Origin: an uncultured delta proteobacterium | Lineage (GTDB): Bacteria; Desulfobacterota; Desulfobacteria; Desulfobacterales; Desulfosalsimonadaceae | Assembly: GCA_963826785.1 (NCBI GenBank) | Contig: CAWGYD010000002.1 | Coordinates: 22,102 to 86,101 of the forward strand | DNA length: 64,000 nucleotides | Reading direction: 5' to 3' | Part shown: one piece after another, positions 40,352 through 50,786 of the stretch | How the letters are laid out: every line of letters starts with the position of its first letter | How positions within the stretch are numbered: position 1 is the first letter of the stretch | Program-made: the position numbers and the translations under genes | The notes under the pieces: model-generated | What the model saw: only the letters and a program-made list of their open reading frames with translations | Databases searched by the model: none | Told to the model about the DNA's origin: nothing

Positions 40352-40864
40352 TTGGTGAATAAAGCATCTGATTTCATAAGAAAAGAATTTTGGGAGATGC
40401 TCCCCCCAACCCTGTTTTTTCTTGTTGTGTTCTGCCTGATTGTGTTCACCCATGACCTAATGTATGCACAGAGCGATGTAGATATGCTTTCCTATGCCGC
40501 GGCTCTAATTGGCGCACTGGTAATTGGCAAGTCTGTGCTCGTCGCGGATGCCCTGCCGGTGTGGAACATCTTTGATAGACAACCCAAATTGGCACTTATA
40601 ATCGGGCGAACCTTTACTTATGCGATAGTTGCTTTGCTTTTCCAGTTCTTAGAGGAATTCATTCCCCTTGCAAGAGGAGGAGGGTCCATTGCTGCCGGGC
40701 TAAATGAGCTGCCTGAAAAAATACACTGGCCGAGATTCTGGGGTGTTCATATGCAGCTTATTGTTTTCCTACTTTTATATAACATTATTGCCGTACTATC
40801 AGAGGAAATCGGTCGGGAGCGTCTTATGCGGTTGTTGTTGGGTAAGGCCGGGCGTGTAACCTGA
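40352..40864 (+). CDS. Membrane protein (about 4 TM)
   Basis: Hydrophobic segments; ALVIGKSVL, FLEE. Confidence 0.75.
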   Translation: MVNKASDFIRKEFWEMLPPTLFFLVVFCLIVFTHDLMYAQSDVDMLSYAAALIGALVIGKSVLVADALPVWNIFDRQPKLALIIGRTFTYAIVALLFQFLEEFIPLARGGGSIAAGLNELPEKIHWPRFWGVHMQLIVFLLLYNIIAVLSEEIGRERLMRLLLGKAGRVT

Positions 40865-41028
40865 AACGATTTCTCAGAAACTTGAGCGAAATTGATAACC
40901 AGGAAAAATATTTTTCACCGTTAAATGCCCCATCTATTAACGCGAAAATTTTGACCCAGGAAATTGGGGATATTGTTAGAGACGCCGGAGAACGGTAGCT
41001 CATTGTTCTTATAAAAAGGTAAAAGCCA

Positions 41029-41634
41029 ATGCAAGATGAACTACTCATCGCCTGCCATGACTGTGATTTGCTGCATCTTATCGGATCAGTCCCGGAAGGA
41101 GACTCTGCTATATGCCGCCGGTGCGGCGCTGTTTTGTTCAGTCATAAAATTGACAGCCTGAACAGGAGCCTGGCAATGACCTTTGCGGCGTTGGTCTTTT
41201 TTATTATTTCAAATGCCTATCCGTTTCTTGAAATAAAAGCCGAAGGCATTTTCCGGTCAACCACTTTGATGGGCGGCGTTAATGCGCTTTTTTCTCAGGG
41301 GCTTTGGGAGGTCGGTGTTCTTGTGCTGCTCACTGCGATACTGTTCCCTTTTTTAGATATTTTAGCACGGCTTTACGTTCTGGTGCCCTTAAAACTGAAT
41401 AAAAGCCCATGGAGGTTAAAATTCCTATTAAAATTTACCCGGACAATAAAACCATGGGTAATGATGGAGGTATTCTTGCTTGGCATTCTGGTTTCCATGA
41501 TCAAACTGGCCAAGATGGTCACCGTGATAACAGGCCCGTCTTTGTATTCTTTTCTGGCATTGATTTTTGTGCTGGCGGCAGCCTCCGCATTTACAGATGT
41601 TCATGCCCTCTGGGAAAAAGCAGGTGATCAATAA
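41029..41634 (+). CDS. pqiA: PqiA family protein (first half-type gene)
   Basis: CHDCD...CRRCG zinc ribbon, ISNAYP, WVMMEVFLLG. Confidence 0.9.
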   Translation: MQDELLIACHDCDLLHLIGSVPEGDSAICRRCGAVLFSHKIDSLNRSLAMTFAALVFFIISNAYPFLEIKAEGIFRSTTLMGGVNALFSQGLWEVGVLVLLTAILFPFLDILARLYVLVPLKLNKSPWRLKFLLKFTRTIKPWVMMEVFLLGILVSMIKLAKMVTVITGPSLYSFLALIFVLAAASAFTDVHALWEKAGDQ

Positions 41635-42290
41635 TGGCATCTGAATTCCTGACTGCTAAGCAGGCGTCAATGATCAGCTGTCAAAGCTGCCATCTGGTGA
41701 GCCAAATTCCTGAAATGGCAAAGGGCGCTGAACTATCGTGCCCCCGATGCAGCACCCGGATGCACCAGAGAAAGCCCAACAGCCTTTCCCGGTCGTGGGC
41801 GTTGGTTATTGCCGCTATTGTTTTTTATATTCCGGCCAATGTGCTGCCAATATCGGTTACCACAGCGCTGGGCAGTGCAGAGGGGGATACAATTTTGAGC
41901 GGTGTGATCTATTTTATCCAATCCGGGTCATGGCCCATTGCACTGGTTATTTTTGTGGCAAGCATTTTTGTGCCGGTGCTCAAGATTATAATTTTAATTT
42001 TTTTGCTTGTTTCCGTACAGATGAAATCAACGTGGCGACCTTTGGATCGGACCCGGCTGTATCGCATTATCGAAGTGATAGGCAAATGGTCCATGGTGGA
42101 TATCTTTGTCATCACGATTATGGCGGCATTGATCAAGCTCGGGGCCCTGGCAGATTTTAAAGCCGGTCCAGGCGCATTGTTTTTTGCGGCAGTGGTTGTA
42201 CTTACTATTTTTGCTGCGATGAGTTTTGACCCAAGACTTATATGGGATGATGTGGAGGAAGAGGATGACACCAGAACAGAATATATCTGA
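41634..42290 (+). CDS. pqiA: PqiA family protein (second half-type gene)
   Basis: CQSC...CPRC, YIPANVLP, GKWSMVDIF, FDPRLIWD. Confidence 0.9.
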   Translation: MASEFLTAKQASMISCQSCHLVSQIPEMAKGAELSCPRCSTRMHQRKPNSLSRSWALVIAAIVFYIPANVLPISVTTALGSAEGDTILSGVIYFIQSGSWPIALVIFVASIFVPVLKIIILIFLLVSVQMKSTWRPLDRTRLYRIIEVIGKWSMVDIFVITIMAALIKLGALADFKAGPGALFFAAVVVLTIFAAMSFDPRLIWDDVEEEDDTRTEYI

Positions 42291-43884
42291 AATGAAGTCA
42301 AATGCCAATGAGGCAGTTATCCGGGAAAAGAGTTCTTTTTCCATTGTCTGGGTTGTGCCGATTGTTGCGCTTCTGATTGGCGGATGGCTTATATATAAGG
42401 CCATATCAGAAAAAGGGCCGACCATTACCATTTCTTTCAAGACCGCAGAAGGCCTGGAAGCCGGTAAAACGAAAATCAGATTCAAGGATGTGGAAGTCGG
42501 AAAAGTGACCGATATTGTTTTGGACAAAGATCTTGCCAATGTGATTGTGACGGCCGAATTAAGCAAGGGAACAGAAGCGTATCTGACTGATCGGACACGC
42601 TTCTGGGTGGTACGGGCGCGTCTGAGAGCCGGAGAAATTTCCGGACTCGGTACGCTTATGGGCGGTGCCTATATTGCCATTGACCCGGTTCAAAAAGGGA
42701 AACCGTCATCTTCGTTTACCGGTTTGGATACCCCTCCTGTGGTGACCACGGATGCGGCAGGACGACATTTTATACTCAAAGCCGAAAAGCTCGATTCCTT
42801 AGACGTCGGTTCACCGGTTTATTTCCGCCAGATTGAAGTCGGACAGGTCGAGAGTTATAAACTCGATGATGACGGTAAAAAAGTTTCCATCAGTATTTTC
42901 GTTAATGACCCCCACCATACTTATGTCAGAAAAAATACGCAGTTCTGGAATGCCGGCGGTATTGATTTTTCGGCAGATGCCAATGGCCTTCGCGTGAATA
43001 CCCAATCTATCGTCAGCATGATGATCGGCGGTCTGGCTTTTGACAATCCAAAACGCATCGGCAATGGTGATCTGGCGGAAAATGGCGATATATTCAAGCT
43101 TTATAATAGCAAAGAGGAAGCGGCTGAAGATGAATATAAAATAAAGAATGATTGGCTGCTTGTGTTTGAGGGGTCTGTCCGCGGACTGTCAGAGGATGCA
43201 CCGGTGGAGTTTAAGGGGATTAAAATCGGAAAAGTTTTGGATATCAATGTCAAGGTTGACATAGACTCTGGGCAAATCCCGATTTCAGTTCTCATCGAAA
43301 TTGAACCTGAACGGATTATGCCTGCAATGACCTCATATAATGAATCAGAGCGAAAAGAATTCCTGAATTCACTCATAGCAAAGGGCCTCAGGGCCCAACT
43401 GAAATCCGGCAGTTTTTTGACGGGTCAGTTGTTCGTTGATCTGGATTTCCATCCGGATGAACCGGTGCAGCAAATTGACTGGAAAGACAAATATCCAAAA
43501 TTTCCGACCATTCAGGCACCGTTGGATGAAGCATTCGCAGACATTAAGAAGCTGATCAACAAGATAGATCAAATACCTTTTCAGCAGATCGGCGCGGACC
43601 TGTACGCTGCAATCAAGAATCTGAATACAATGATTCAGCAGACGGAATCATTATTTGCGAATTTAAATACAACGGTTGCACCTGAAATGACCGCTACACT
43701 TGAACAGGCAAAAAAATCTCTGTCAGCCATGGAAAAAGTTCTGAGTTCAGATTCACCGATCAACCAGGACATACTGCGGGCATTGGATGAATTTTCCAAG
43801 GCTTCCCGTTCCATGAGGGTGCTGGCGGATTACCTGGAACAGCATCCGGACGTTTTAATCTACGGAAAAGGAGGAAATCAATGA
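42265..43884 (+). CDS. pqiB: Intermembrane transport protein PqiB (3 MCE domains plus helical tail)
   Basis: VWVVPIVA, AEGLEAGKT, GSPVYFR, SVRGL...APVEFKGI, GLRAQL. Confidence 0.93.
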   Translation: MTPEQNISEMKSNANEAVIREKSSFSIVWVVPIVALLIGGWLIYKAISEKGPTITISFKTAEGLEAGKTKIRFKDVEVGKVTDIVLDKDLANVIVTAELSKGTEAYLTDRTRFWVVRARLRAGEISGLGTLMGGAYIAIDPVQKGKPSSSFTGLDTPPVVTTDAAGRHFILKAEKLDSLDVGSPVYFRQIEVGQVESYKLDDDGKKVSISIFVNDPHHTYVRKNTQFWNAGGIDFSADANGLRVNTQSIVSMMIGGLAFDNPKRIGNGDLAENGDIFKLYNSKEEAAEDEYKIKNDWLLVFEGSVRGLSEDAPVEFKGIKIGKVLDINVKVDIDSGQIPISVLIEIEPERIMPAMTSYNESERKEFLNSLIAKGLRAQLKSGSFLTGQLFVDLDFHPDEPVQQIDWKDKYPKFPTIQAPLDEAFADIKKLINKIDQIPFQQIGADLYAAIKNLNTMIQQTESLFANLNTTVAPEMTATLEQAKKSLSAMEKVLSSDSPINQDILRALDEFSKASRSMRVLADYLEQHPDVLIYGKGGNQ

Positions 43885-44504
43885 GAAATACCATAAAACG
43901 CTCCATTCCTGTGGCTCTTGTTTTTGTCTGTATATCCGTCATCGGGTGCAGAAGCGCGTCACCGCCGGTTGCCTTTTACTCGCTTACATCCCTTGACGCC
44001 GAAAATATGAAAGATAATGATCAAGCAGCGTCAAAAAACATGTCAATCGGTATCGGGCCGGTCAACTTTCCGGAAGTGCTTGATCGACCGCAAATCGTCA
44101 CCCGACTGTCTCCGAGCAGAATCGAATTTTCGGAATTTAATCGATGGGGCGGTGATCTCAGGTTGGATTTTTTAGATGTACTGGCGCAAAATATTTCTAT
44201 CATTACCGGTTCTGACCAAATATTCAAATACCCGGTTTCAGGTAATCTGGAACCTGCTTATCACGTAGTCCTGGATGTACATCAGTTTGATGGTCGGCTT
44301 GGAGAATCCGTTGTGCTTAGGGTGTCCTGGGCATTGAAAAAAAATCAGGCAACTCCGGCTCAGCAGATTTTAATAAAAACGGTCATCAACCAGCCGGTCA
44401 GTGGAAATGGTTATGAAGCACTGGTGAATGCACAGAGCGAAGCAATAAATATATTAAGCCGCGAAATAGCCAGTGCAATTAAGAAAGACTCTGATCCGCA
44501 ATAG
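43881..44504 (+). CDS. pqiC: PqiC family lipoprotein
   Basis: Lipobox VIGC, IGPV.FPEVLDRPQIV, RWG; follows pqiB. Confidence 0.88.
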   Translation: MRNTIKRSIPVALVFVCISVIGCRSASPPVAFYSLTSLDAENMKDNDQAASKNMSIGIGPVNFPEVLDRPQIVTRLSPSRIEFSEFNRWGGDLRLDFLDVLAQNISIITGSDQIFKYPVSGNLEPAYHVVLDVHQFDGRLGESVVLRVSWALKKNQATPAQQILIKTVINQPVSGNGYEALVNAQSEAINILSREIASAIKKDSDPQ

Positions 44505-44549
44505 ATTTGTACGAGATATGATTCAACTAATTCTCAAAGGAGGAAAAGG

Positions 44550-45041
44550 ATGAAACTTTTTAAAAAAATTCTGATTCTGGTGGCTTTGGTCCTGGTAATG
44601 GTAGGATATGCGGCGGCGGACGATTTTATCATATTCCCAAACAAAGGGCAGAGCGATGAGCAGTTGGAAAAAGATAAATATGCCTGCTATGAGTGGGCCA
44701 AAAAACAAAGCGGGTTTGATCCCATGGCGCAGCCGAAAGTATCCGCCCCGGCACCGGAACAGGAAGCACCGCAGGGTGGGCTTGTAAAAGGCGCTGCACG
44801 GGGTGCATTGCTTGGTGTGGCAATCGGAGCTATTGCGGGTGATGCCGGAAAAGGGGCAGCCATCGGAGCGGCGGGCGGCGGACTGGTCGGCGGCATGCGG
44901 CGTCATGATCAGGAAACACAACAAGAGCAAAAAGAACAGCAATGGGCAAACCAGCAGGCAAATGAATATCAGAAAAATCGTTCGGAATATAACAGAGCTT
45001 ATTCAGCGTGTCTGGAAGGCAAGGATTATACGGTTAAATAG
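44550..45041 (+). CDS. Glycine-zipper exported protein
   Basis: P.KGQS.EQ..KD.YAC, GAARGALLGVAIGAIAGDAGKGAAIGAAGG, ACLEG. Confidence 0.85.
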   Translation: MKLFKKILILVALVLVMVGYAAADDFIIFPNKGQSDEQLEKDKYACYEWAKKQSGFDPMAQPKVSAPAPEQEAPQGGLVKGAARGALLGVAIGAIAGDAGKGAAIGAAGGGLVGGMRRHDQETQQEQKEQQWANQQANEYQKNRSEYNRAYSACLEGKDYTVK

Positions 45042-45057
45042 TTGAAAAGGAGACGGT

Positions 45058-45471
45058 ATGTTTAAATTAAAGCTTTTTATTATAGTGCTGATTTTGGGAT
45101 GCTTCTTTCCGCTGTCGGGATTTGCAGCGGAGTTTGACGGGGCCAAGCCGATTCTCTGCACGGTAACCGATGTTTATGAATGCACGGTTGAAAATGCGTG
45201 TCAGCAACTCAGGCCCAGCGACCTCCTGATTCCGAGGTTTTTAAGTATTGATGTGAAAAACAAAGTTATTACCGGCAAACTTGAAGACGGTACTCCCCGG
45301 ACGGTTGATATTCTGGAAATCGCTCATGATTCCGGCAACCTCATTCTTCAGGGGCACCAGAAAGGAAGGGCCTGGAGCATGGTTATCCGGGAAGAGACAG
45401 GTAAAGCGACCTTCAGTATTTCAGAAAAAGGGATGAGTGTTGTCTGTTTTGGGGAGAGTATCCTTCCCTGA
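45058..45471 (+). CDS. Exported hypothetical protein
   Basis: Signal peptide, several Cys, AGGAG RBS. Confidence 0.75.
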   Translation: MFKLKLFIIVLILGCFFPLSGFAAEFDGAKPILCTVTDVYECTVENACQQLRPSDLLIPRFLSIDVKNKVITGKLEDGTPRTVDILEIAHDSGNLILQGHQKGRAWSMVIREETGKATFSISEKGMSVVCFGESILP

Positions 45472-45503
45472 CCCTTGCTTTATTTATCGACGGTTTTCAT
45501 TAA

Positions 45504-46598
45504 GTGAAATCAAATCAGAGGAATTGCAAAAGGAACCTCATAATGCAAATGCCGCATTCATATGACAGATTAAAAACAACTAATAATAAAAATTGTATCC
45601 TGACTTATTTTATGTGGGGCATTATATTTTTATTTTTTTCAGGATGCGGGCTATGTCAGACGAAGCAAAGATCACCGGGTGATGCCGCAGTCATCGAAAG
45701 TGGGACACCGAATTATTTAGTCTGGGAGAATGGTCGCAAAGTGGCCTGGCTGGCATGCGGCGATCCTGATGGCTTCCCGGTTTTCTATGCGCACGGGAAT
45801 CCGGGTTCCCGTTTAGAAATTCTGTTTATGGATGAAAAAGCCCGAGAGTATGGTTTGCGGCTGATCGTATTTGAGCGGCCGGGCATTGGAAAATCGGATT
45901 ATGTGGAGCCCTACCCTTTGCTGGCGTTTGCTAAAGACCTTGAGAGATTTGCAGATGAGCAGGGAATTGATAAGTTCGGATTAGTGGGGTGGTCCAGCGG
46001 CGGGCCGCCGGTTCTTGCGGCTGCCTACTACATGCCGGAAAGAGTCCGGTTTGCGTTTTCACTTTCCGGTTATACGAATTTTGGTGAATACGCGCCTGCG
46101 CGAAAGCTGATGGAGGAAAAAGGTCTTTATGGTCCGATGCTATCTGAAGACATGCCGATTCTGTTTAAAATTGTTATCAGGAATTTGCGCAAAATCGACC
46201 TGTTTTTGCCGGACGTCTATTCCAAATTATCCGAAGACGAAATGTGTGATGCTGATCGCGAGATTTTAAAAAATCAAGCGATTGCCGATCTCTTTTCACT
46301 CGACCAGCAGGAGGCGCTGTTGTCAGGTACCCAAGGCGCGATTCAGGATCTTGAAACACAATGGGCGCCGTGGGAATTCGCGCTTGAAGAGATCAACGTT
46401 CCGGTTCACATCTTCCAGGGAAAACAGGATACCTTTGTTCCCTGGCAGTTTGGCGAACATCTGGCCGGTAATATTCCGAATGCAACATTGCACTTATACG
46501 AGGACCGGGGACATCTGTATCCATTGTGGCCGGAATATCAGGATGAAATATTTGAACTGGCCCTCACTTACATTGTGATGGCAGCCGAAAATCAGTAA
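45504..46598 (+). CDS. Alpha/beta fold hydrolase
   Basis: HGNPGSR, ERPGIGKS, GWSSGG nucleophile elbow, QGKQD..VP, GH; start uncertain. Confidence 0.88.
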   Translation: MKSNQRNCKRNLIMQMPHSYDRLKTTNNKNCILTYFMWGIIFLFFSGCGLCQTKQRSPGDAAVIESGTPNYLVWENGRKVAWLACGDPDGFPVFYAHGNPGSRLEILFMDEKAREYGLRLIVFERPGIGKSDYVEPYPLLAFAKDLERFADEQGIDKFGLVGWSSGGPPVLAAAYYMPERVRFAFSLSGYTNFGEYAPARKLMEEKGLYGPMLSEDMPILFKIVIRNLRKIDLFLPDVYSKLSEDEMCDADREILKNQAIADLFSLDQQEALLSGTQGAIQDLETQWAPWEFALEEINVPVHIFQGKQDTFVPWQFGEHLAGNIPNATLHLYEDRGHLYPLWPEYQDEIFELALTYIVMAAENQ

Positions 46599-46639
46599 AT
46601 ATGTCGCGAGCTTTTGATCCATACTTTAAAAAAACGTAA

Positions 46640-47260
46640 GTTTAAATCAATTTTTCAGGCCTGTTAAGCCAGCGATGATAGATATGAGCCCACTACAATC
46701 CCCATCTAATCGGCTGCTTCAAATGACCTTTGAGGATCATCTCAAAGCGCTGGTATTTTCCCATCTCGAAGAGCACCAATCTGCAAGGCATCTACTGCAA
46801 GTACTCGAACAGAACGATTTTGCCATTAGTTACATTGCTCCGGAAAACGGCATCAAAAAAAAGCAGTTTATAGGAAGCCACTAACGAAAGAAGCCTCGAA
46901 CAGTTCATGCATGTTTTTCAACGATTGCAGCAACAGGCCAAAAATATTTTGCCTGACCACCACCCGGATCCTGACAAGCTTGTCGGCATTGATGGTTCGT
47001 TGGTTGATGCCACCCTGTCCATGAATTGGGCCGATTACCGCAAAGGGGCAAAAAAAGGCCAAGGTTCATGTCGGCTTTGATCTCAATCGCGGCATCCATC
47101 AAAAAGTGTTTCTCGCCGATGGAAAAGGTGCTGAGCCTCCTCTGGTAAGCCATATTCTTTCACCCGGTGAAACCGGCGGGATGGATTGAGGCCACCAGGG
47201 GAACCAGGCATTTGATCTATTGCAGACGCAGAACCTAACCCTTATTCCTGAATGAAAAAT
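46640..47260 (+). mobile_element. Degraded IS4-family transposase remnant
   Basis: Frameshifted pieces LQMTFEDHLKALV..HLEEH, LVGIDGSLVDATLSMNWADYRKG, AKVHVGFDLNRGI; internal stops; boundaries approximate. Confidence 0.7.
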
Positions 47261-47320
47261 CCGGAACCGGCACATCATATGATCACGACACATATCCATT
47301 GCTGAATTTGGCATTATGAA

Positions 47321-49888
47321 ATGAGGATCGAAATCATGCGGTTTTTGTATAGAAAAATTTTTGGGCTGACAACATTGATTATTATTTTGCTGTCAGGTTT
47401 TGTGATGGCCAATGAGCCGCCCAAGAAAAATCCAGTCTTACCTGCCGGAAACTCGTCTGTCGAACAAGAGCCTGATATTGCGAATATTATTCCCTTATCC
47501 GGCAATCTATCCGGCCGCCTGACGATCTTAAAAAAACAGATTTCAACTCTGCCGGAGACATCTGTAACAGAAATAAAATATGATGAAATCGATCCGGAAC
47601 TTAAAAAACTATCTGGTCAACTTGAAGGAATAAAGGAATCAACTGAGAACCGATTTAGCAAGCTTGAAACACTCAAGGACCAAATTAAACATCAGGATGA
47701 AATATTTACTATCTTTAGCGTACCCTTAAATCAGGCCATCAGTCAGGTTTCTATCTGGAAAAAGGAGTGGGTAAAAGAGAAAAATCAATGGCAGTACTGG
47801 CAGACCGCGCTGGAAACAGAAGATGCCCCGGAGCAACTGAAATCAGCGTTTAAAAAAACAAATGCCACCATTGACACAGCTTTAAATCTTATCCGTTCAA
47901 AAATGGACAAGATGATGTCCTTGCAGGAAAAAGCGTCCGCGATACAGCAGCAGTTCATTGAAATTAACTCAGTAATAGATGCGCTGATGCGTGGCGCATT
48001 AATCAATGCGTCACCCCCCATGTTTTCTTCCCAATATTTTTCTCAACTTGGTAGCGGTTTATGGTTTGCCGTAAAACAAGGCATAAATAGCATCGCATGG
48101 ACGGACAACAGCTTATTTGCCCATCAGGGATGGACGCTTTTTACTCAGGTCTTCTTATCTCTAATGCTTGGTCTACTTTTCTATCGAAAACAGCAGGAGT
48201 TAGATAAACTTGAGCACTGGCGTTTTCTTGCGGGTCGACCTTTTGCTGCCGGATTTTTCATGATCAGCATGGTGGCAATGATTACTTATTCATATTATGG
48301 TTTAAGCGATATATGGAGAACATCAAATATCATCGTTGCCGTCCTTTCCTTCATGCTTATTTCAAAAAAGTTGATTGCCGTTTCGTGGAGAAGACAGCTT
48401 GTTTTCGGACTGATGATCATTATTATCGTCAACCGTATAATGAATGTCATTAATTTACCGCTGTCGCTTGTCAGACTTGTCACGCTCTTCGAAGCAATGG
48501 CCGGCTTTATATTTTGCCTGCGGTGGGCAAGAGAGAGCACTGAAAATAAAGAATGGGCTTTTTATACTACATTGATACGATTGGGGGCATTCTTCTTTGT
48601 CATCATAATTATTGCTGAGATTGGCGGGGTTCAGGTACTGCCGTTAGAGCTGGCCATACCCGTTATGAATTCAATCGCAATGGCACTTGTTCTTATACCG
48701 TTTTTGTACTGCATCCATGGCGGAGTTCAATGGTTGACGCACAATCTCCCTTTCAGTCAGTCAGGCTTCCTGGAAAAAGAAGAAATTGATTCCATTATAA
48801 CCCAGACAAACCAATTTCTTGATTATACGATATGGGGCCTGATCTTTTTGCCCGCCACCCTGAAAGAATTGGGGTTTTTCGACAACCTGCATGATGCGAT
48901 CAAATGGATGCTGTCAACAGGTTTTCAGGCAGGAAGCCAGAGAATTACGCTCGGATTGCTGCTTGTTGCTGCAGGCACTCTTTATTTATCCTTTCTTATT
49001 TCCTGGATAATACAAAAATTGCTCATGCATATTGTTCTTGTAAAAAAAGTAGCGGAACAGGGTATCCGTTATTCTATTACCCGACTGGTCAACTACATCA
49101 TTGTATTTATCGGTTTTTTAATCGCCATTTCAGTGATCGGACTGGATGTTACAAAACTTACCATCATGATCAGTGCTTTGGGTGTGGGTATCGGTTTTGG
49201 CATGCAGGGAATTGTGAATAATTTTATCAGCGGTCTTATCCTGCTGTATGAACGTCCGGTCAGGGTGGGGGATTTGATTGAAATCAACGAGAAGTGGTCT
49301 CAGATAAAAAGAATCGGTCTTCGGGCCACAACTGTCCAGACGTTTGACGAGGCAGATGTGATCATTCCCAATGCAGACCTAATCGCAAATAATGTTACAA
49401 ATTGGACCCTTACCAATCGGTTGATCCGGTCGTCGATCCGGGTGGGGGTTGCTTATGGTTCAGACGTTGCCCTGGTGATGGAAACGCTCATTGCCAGTGC
49501 CGGTTCAAATCCTAAAGTAGCTCAACGGACCCCGCCTCAGGTATTATTTCGGAGTTTTGGGGATAGTACCCTTGATTTTGAACTTCTTGTCTGGGTGATT
49601 GATGTAGACTACTATCGGCAGGTAGTTAGCGAACTGAATCAGGAAATTGACCGAAGATTTCGGGAAGCAAACATCGAGATCTCATTTCCCCAGCGTGATC
49701 TTCATTTGCGCAGTGTGGATGAATCGATTAAATTAGGACCGAATCCCGATGCACCAAACTTAGGAAATCGGGACACTGGAGAACGGGCAACGATCAACGA
49801 CGACCCGGCAATTGTTATTGAGGAACAGGCAACTGGCGCTGAAAACAAGCCAGCGGACACTTATGCGGACATGCTCGAGAAAAACTGA
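47321..49888 (+). CDS. Large MscS-family mechanosensitive channel (MscK-like architecture)
   Basis: Periplasmic coiled coil, many TMs, ALGVGIGFGMQ.IVNNFISG, ERPVRVGD, IGLRAT, PNA, FPQRD. Confidence 0.92.
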   Translation: MRIEIMRFLYRKIFGLTTLIIILLSGFVMANEPPKKNPVLPAGNSSVEQEPDIANIIPLSGNLSGRLTILKKQISTLPETSVTEIKYDEIDPELKKLSGQLEGIKESTENRFSKLETLKDQIKHQDEIFTIFSVPLNQAISQVSIWKKEWVKEKNQWQYWQTALETEDAPEQLKSAFKKTNATIDTALNLIRSKMDKMMSLQEKASAIQQQFIEINSVIDALMRGALINASPPMFSSQYFSQLGSGLWFAVKQGINSIAWTDNSLFAHQGWTLFTQVFLSLMLGLLFYRKQQELDKLEHWRFLAGRPFAAGFFMISMVAMITYSYYGLSDIWRTSNIIVAVLSFMLISKKLIAVSWRRQLVFGLMIIIIVNRIMNVINLPLSLVRLVTLFEAMAGFIFCLRWARESTENKEWAFYTTLIRLGAFFFVIIIIAEIGGVQVLPLELAIPVMNSIAMALVLIPFLYCIHGGVQWLTHNLPFSQSGFLEKEEIDSIITQTNQFLDYTIWGLIFLPATLKELGFFDNLHDAIKWMLSTGFQAGSQRITLGLLLVAAGTLYLSFLISWIIQKLLMHIVLVKKVAEQGIRYSITRLVNYIIVFIGFLIAISVIGLDVTKLTIMISALGVGIGFGMQGIVNNFISGLILLYERPVRVGDLIEINEKWSQIKRIGLRATTVQTFDEADVIIPNADLIANNVTNWTLTNRLIRSSIRVGVAYGSDVALVMETLIASAGSNPKVAQRTPPQVLFRSFGDSTLDFELLVWVIDVDYYRQVVSELNQEIDRRFREANIEISFPQRDLHLRSVDESIKLGPNPDAPNLGNRDTGERATINDDPAIVIEEQATGAENKPADTYADMLEKN

Positions 49889-49949
49889 GTAACCACAGGG
49901 GGCCTCTTTATCCCTTTCAAACAGTTGCATCCTTTGGTCCAACGGTTAG

Positions 49950-50777
49950 CTACTCCGGGGGAGTGGTTGACGGCGGGGCGCCGATCTGCTCCTGGAGGTC
50001 AATGAGCGGCTGCTGGCTCACCGTTAGGAATCCCTCACGCGGCCGATCGAGATCGACCACGAGGGTGATGACCGCACCAAGGAAGATAATTAGCACGATG
50101 GCGGTGAGGGGGCTGCGATGACGGGTGAGGCCCGCGCCATAGCCCACCATCCCCAGCGTCAGGGCCGAGCCGAGAAGAAGGAGGATGAGGATCGTCTCGG
50201 GAACTCGCGCATACAGGCCCGCAATGGCCCGCGTCTCGTGCAGGTCGATCGTCTCGTTCAGTGAATCGATGAAGAGGGCCAGAACGTCCGAGTCGGGCAT
50301 GGCGCGGGCCAATCCTTCTGCAATAGACCAGAGCTTGGTTTGGATCTCGACCGAGCGGGCCATCCTCGCCCGGATGTCTGCCAGATCATTGTGGACGATG
50401 CGCAGGGGCCCATACTCGCGGATCAGATCCCGGATTTCGCTCGAAGCCGGCTCCGGCAGATAGCCGGCTCGGAGATACGTGGTGCCCACCGAGTTTGCCT
50501 CGGCGAGTATGAGCCCGCGGCGTGTGTCGAAGCGATCGGATGCCATTCCCATTGTGATCGCGAGCAGGAATGCCATGAGAGCCAGAAGCGAGCCCACAAT
50601 CATATTTGCGGGCCCCTCCTTCTCATCGGGTGTTCGCTCCTGCCACCAGCGCCCGAGGCGGTAGCCGAGCTCGGCTATGATCAGCGTGATGATCGTGAAC
50701 GCCACGAAGACATCGACTATCGGCAGTGAATCGATTAACTGTTGGAAACGCATCATCTCCCTCATGGTTGGAATCAA
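49950..50777 (-). CDS. DUF4239-like membrane protein
   Basis: RFDTRR..ILAEANSVGTTYLRA, FIDSLNE, DLDRPREG; noticeably GC-rich. Confidence 0.75.
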   Translation of the reverse strand: MIPTMREMMRFQQLIDSLPIVDVFVAFTIITLIIAELGYRLGRWWQERTPDEKEGPANMIVGSLLALMAFLLAITMGMASDRFDTRRGLILAEANSVGTTYLRAGYLPEPASSEIRDLIREYGPLRIVHNDLADIRARMARSVEIQTKLWSIAEGLARAMPDSDVLALFIDSLNETIDLHETRAIAGLYARVPETILILLLLGSALTLGMVGYGAGLTRHRSPLTAIVLIIFLGAVITLVVDLDRPREGFLTVSQQPLIDLQEQIGAPPSTTPPE

Positions 50778-50786
50778 TGATAAATT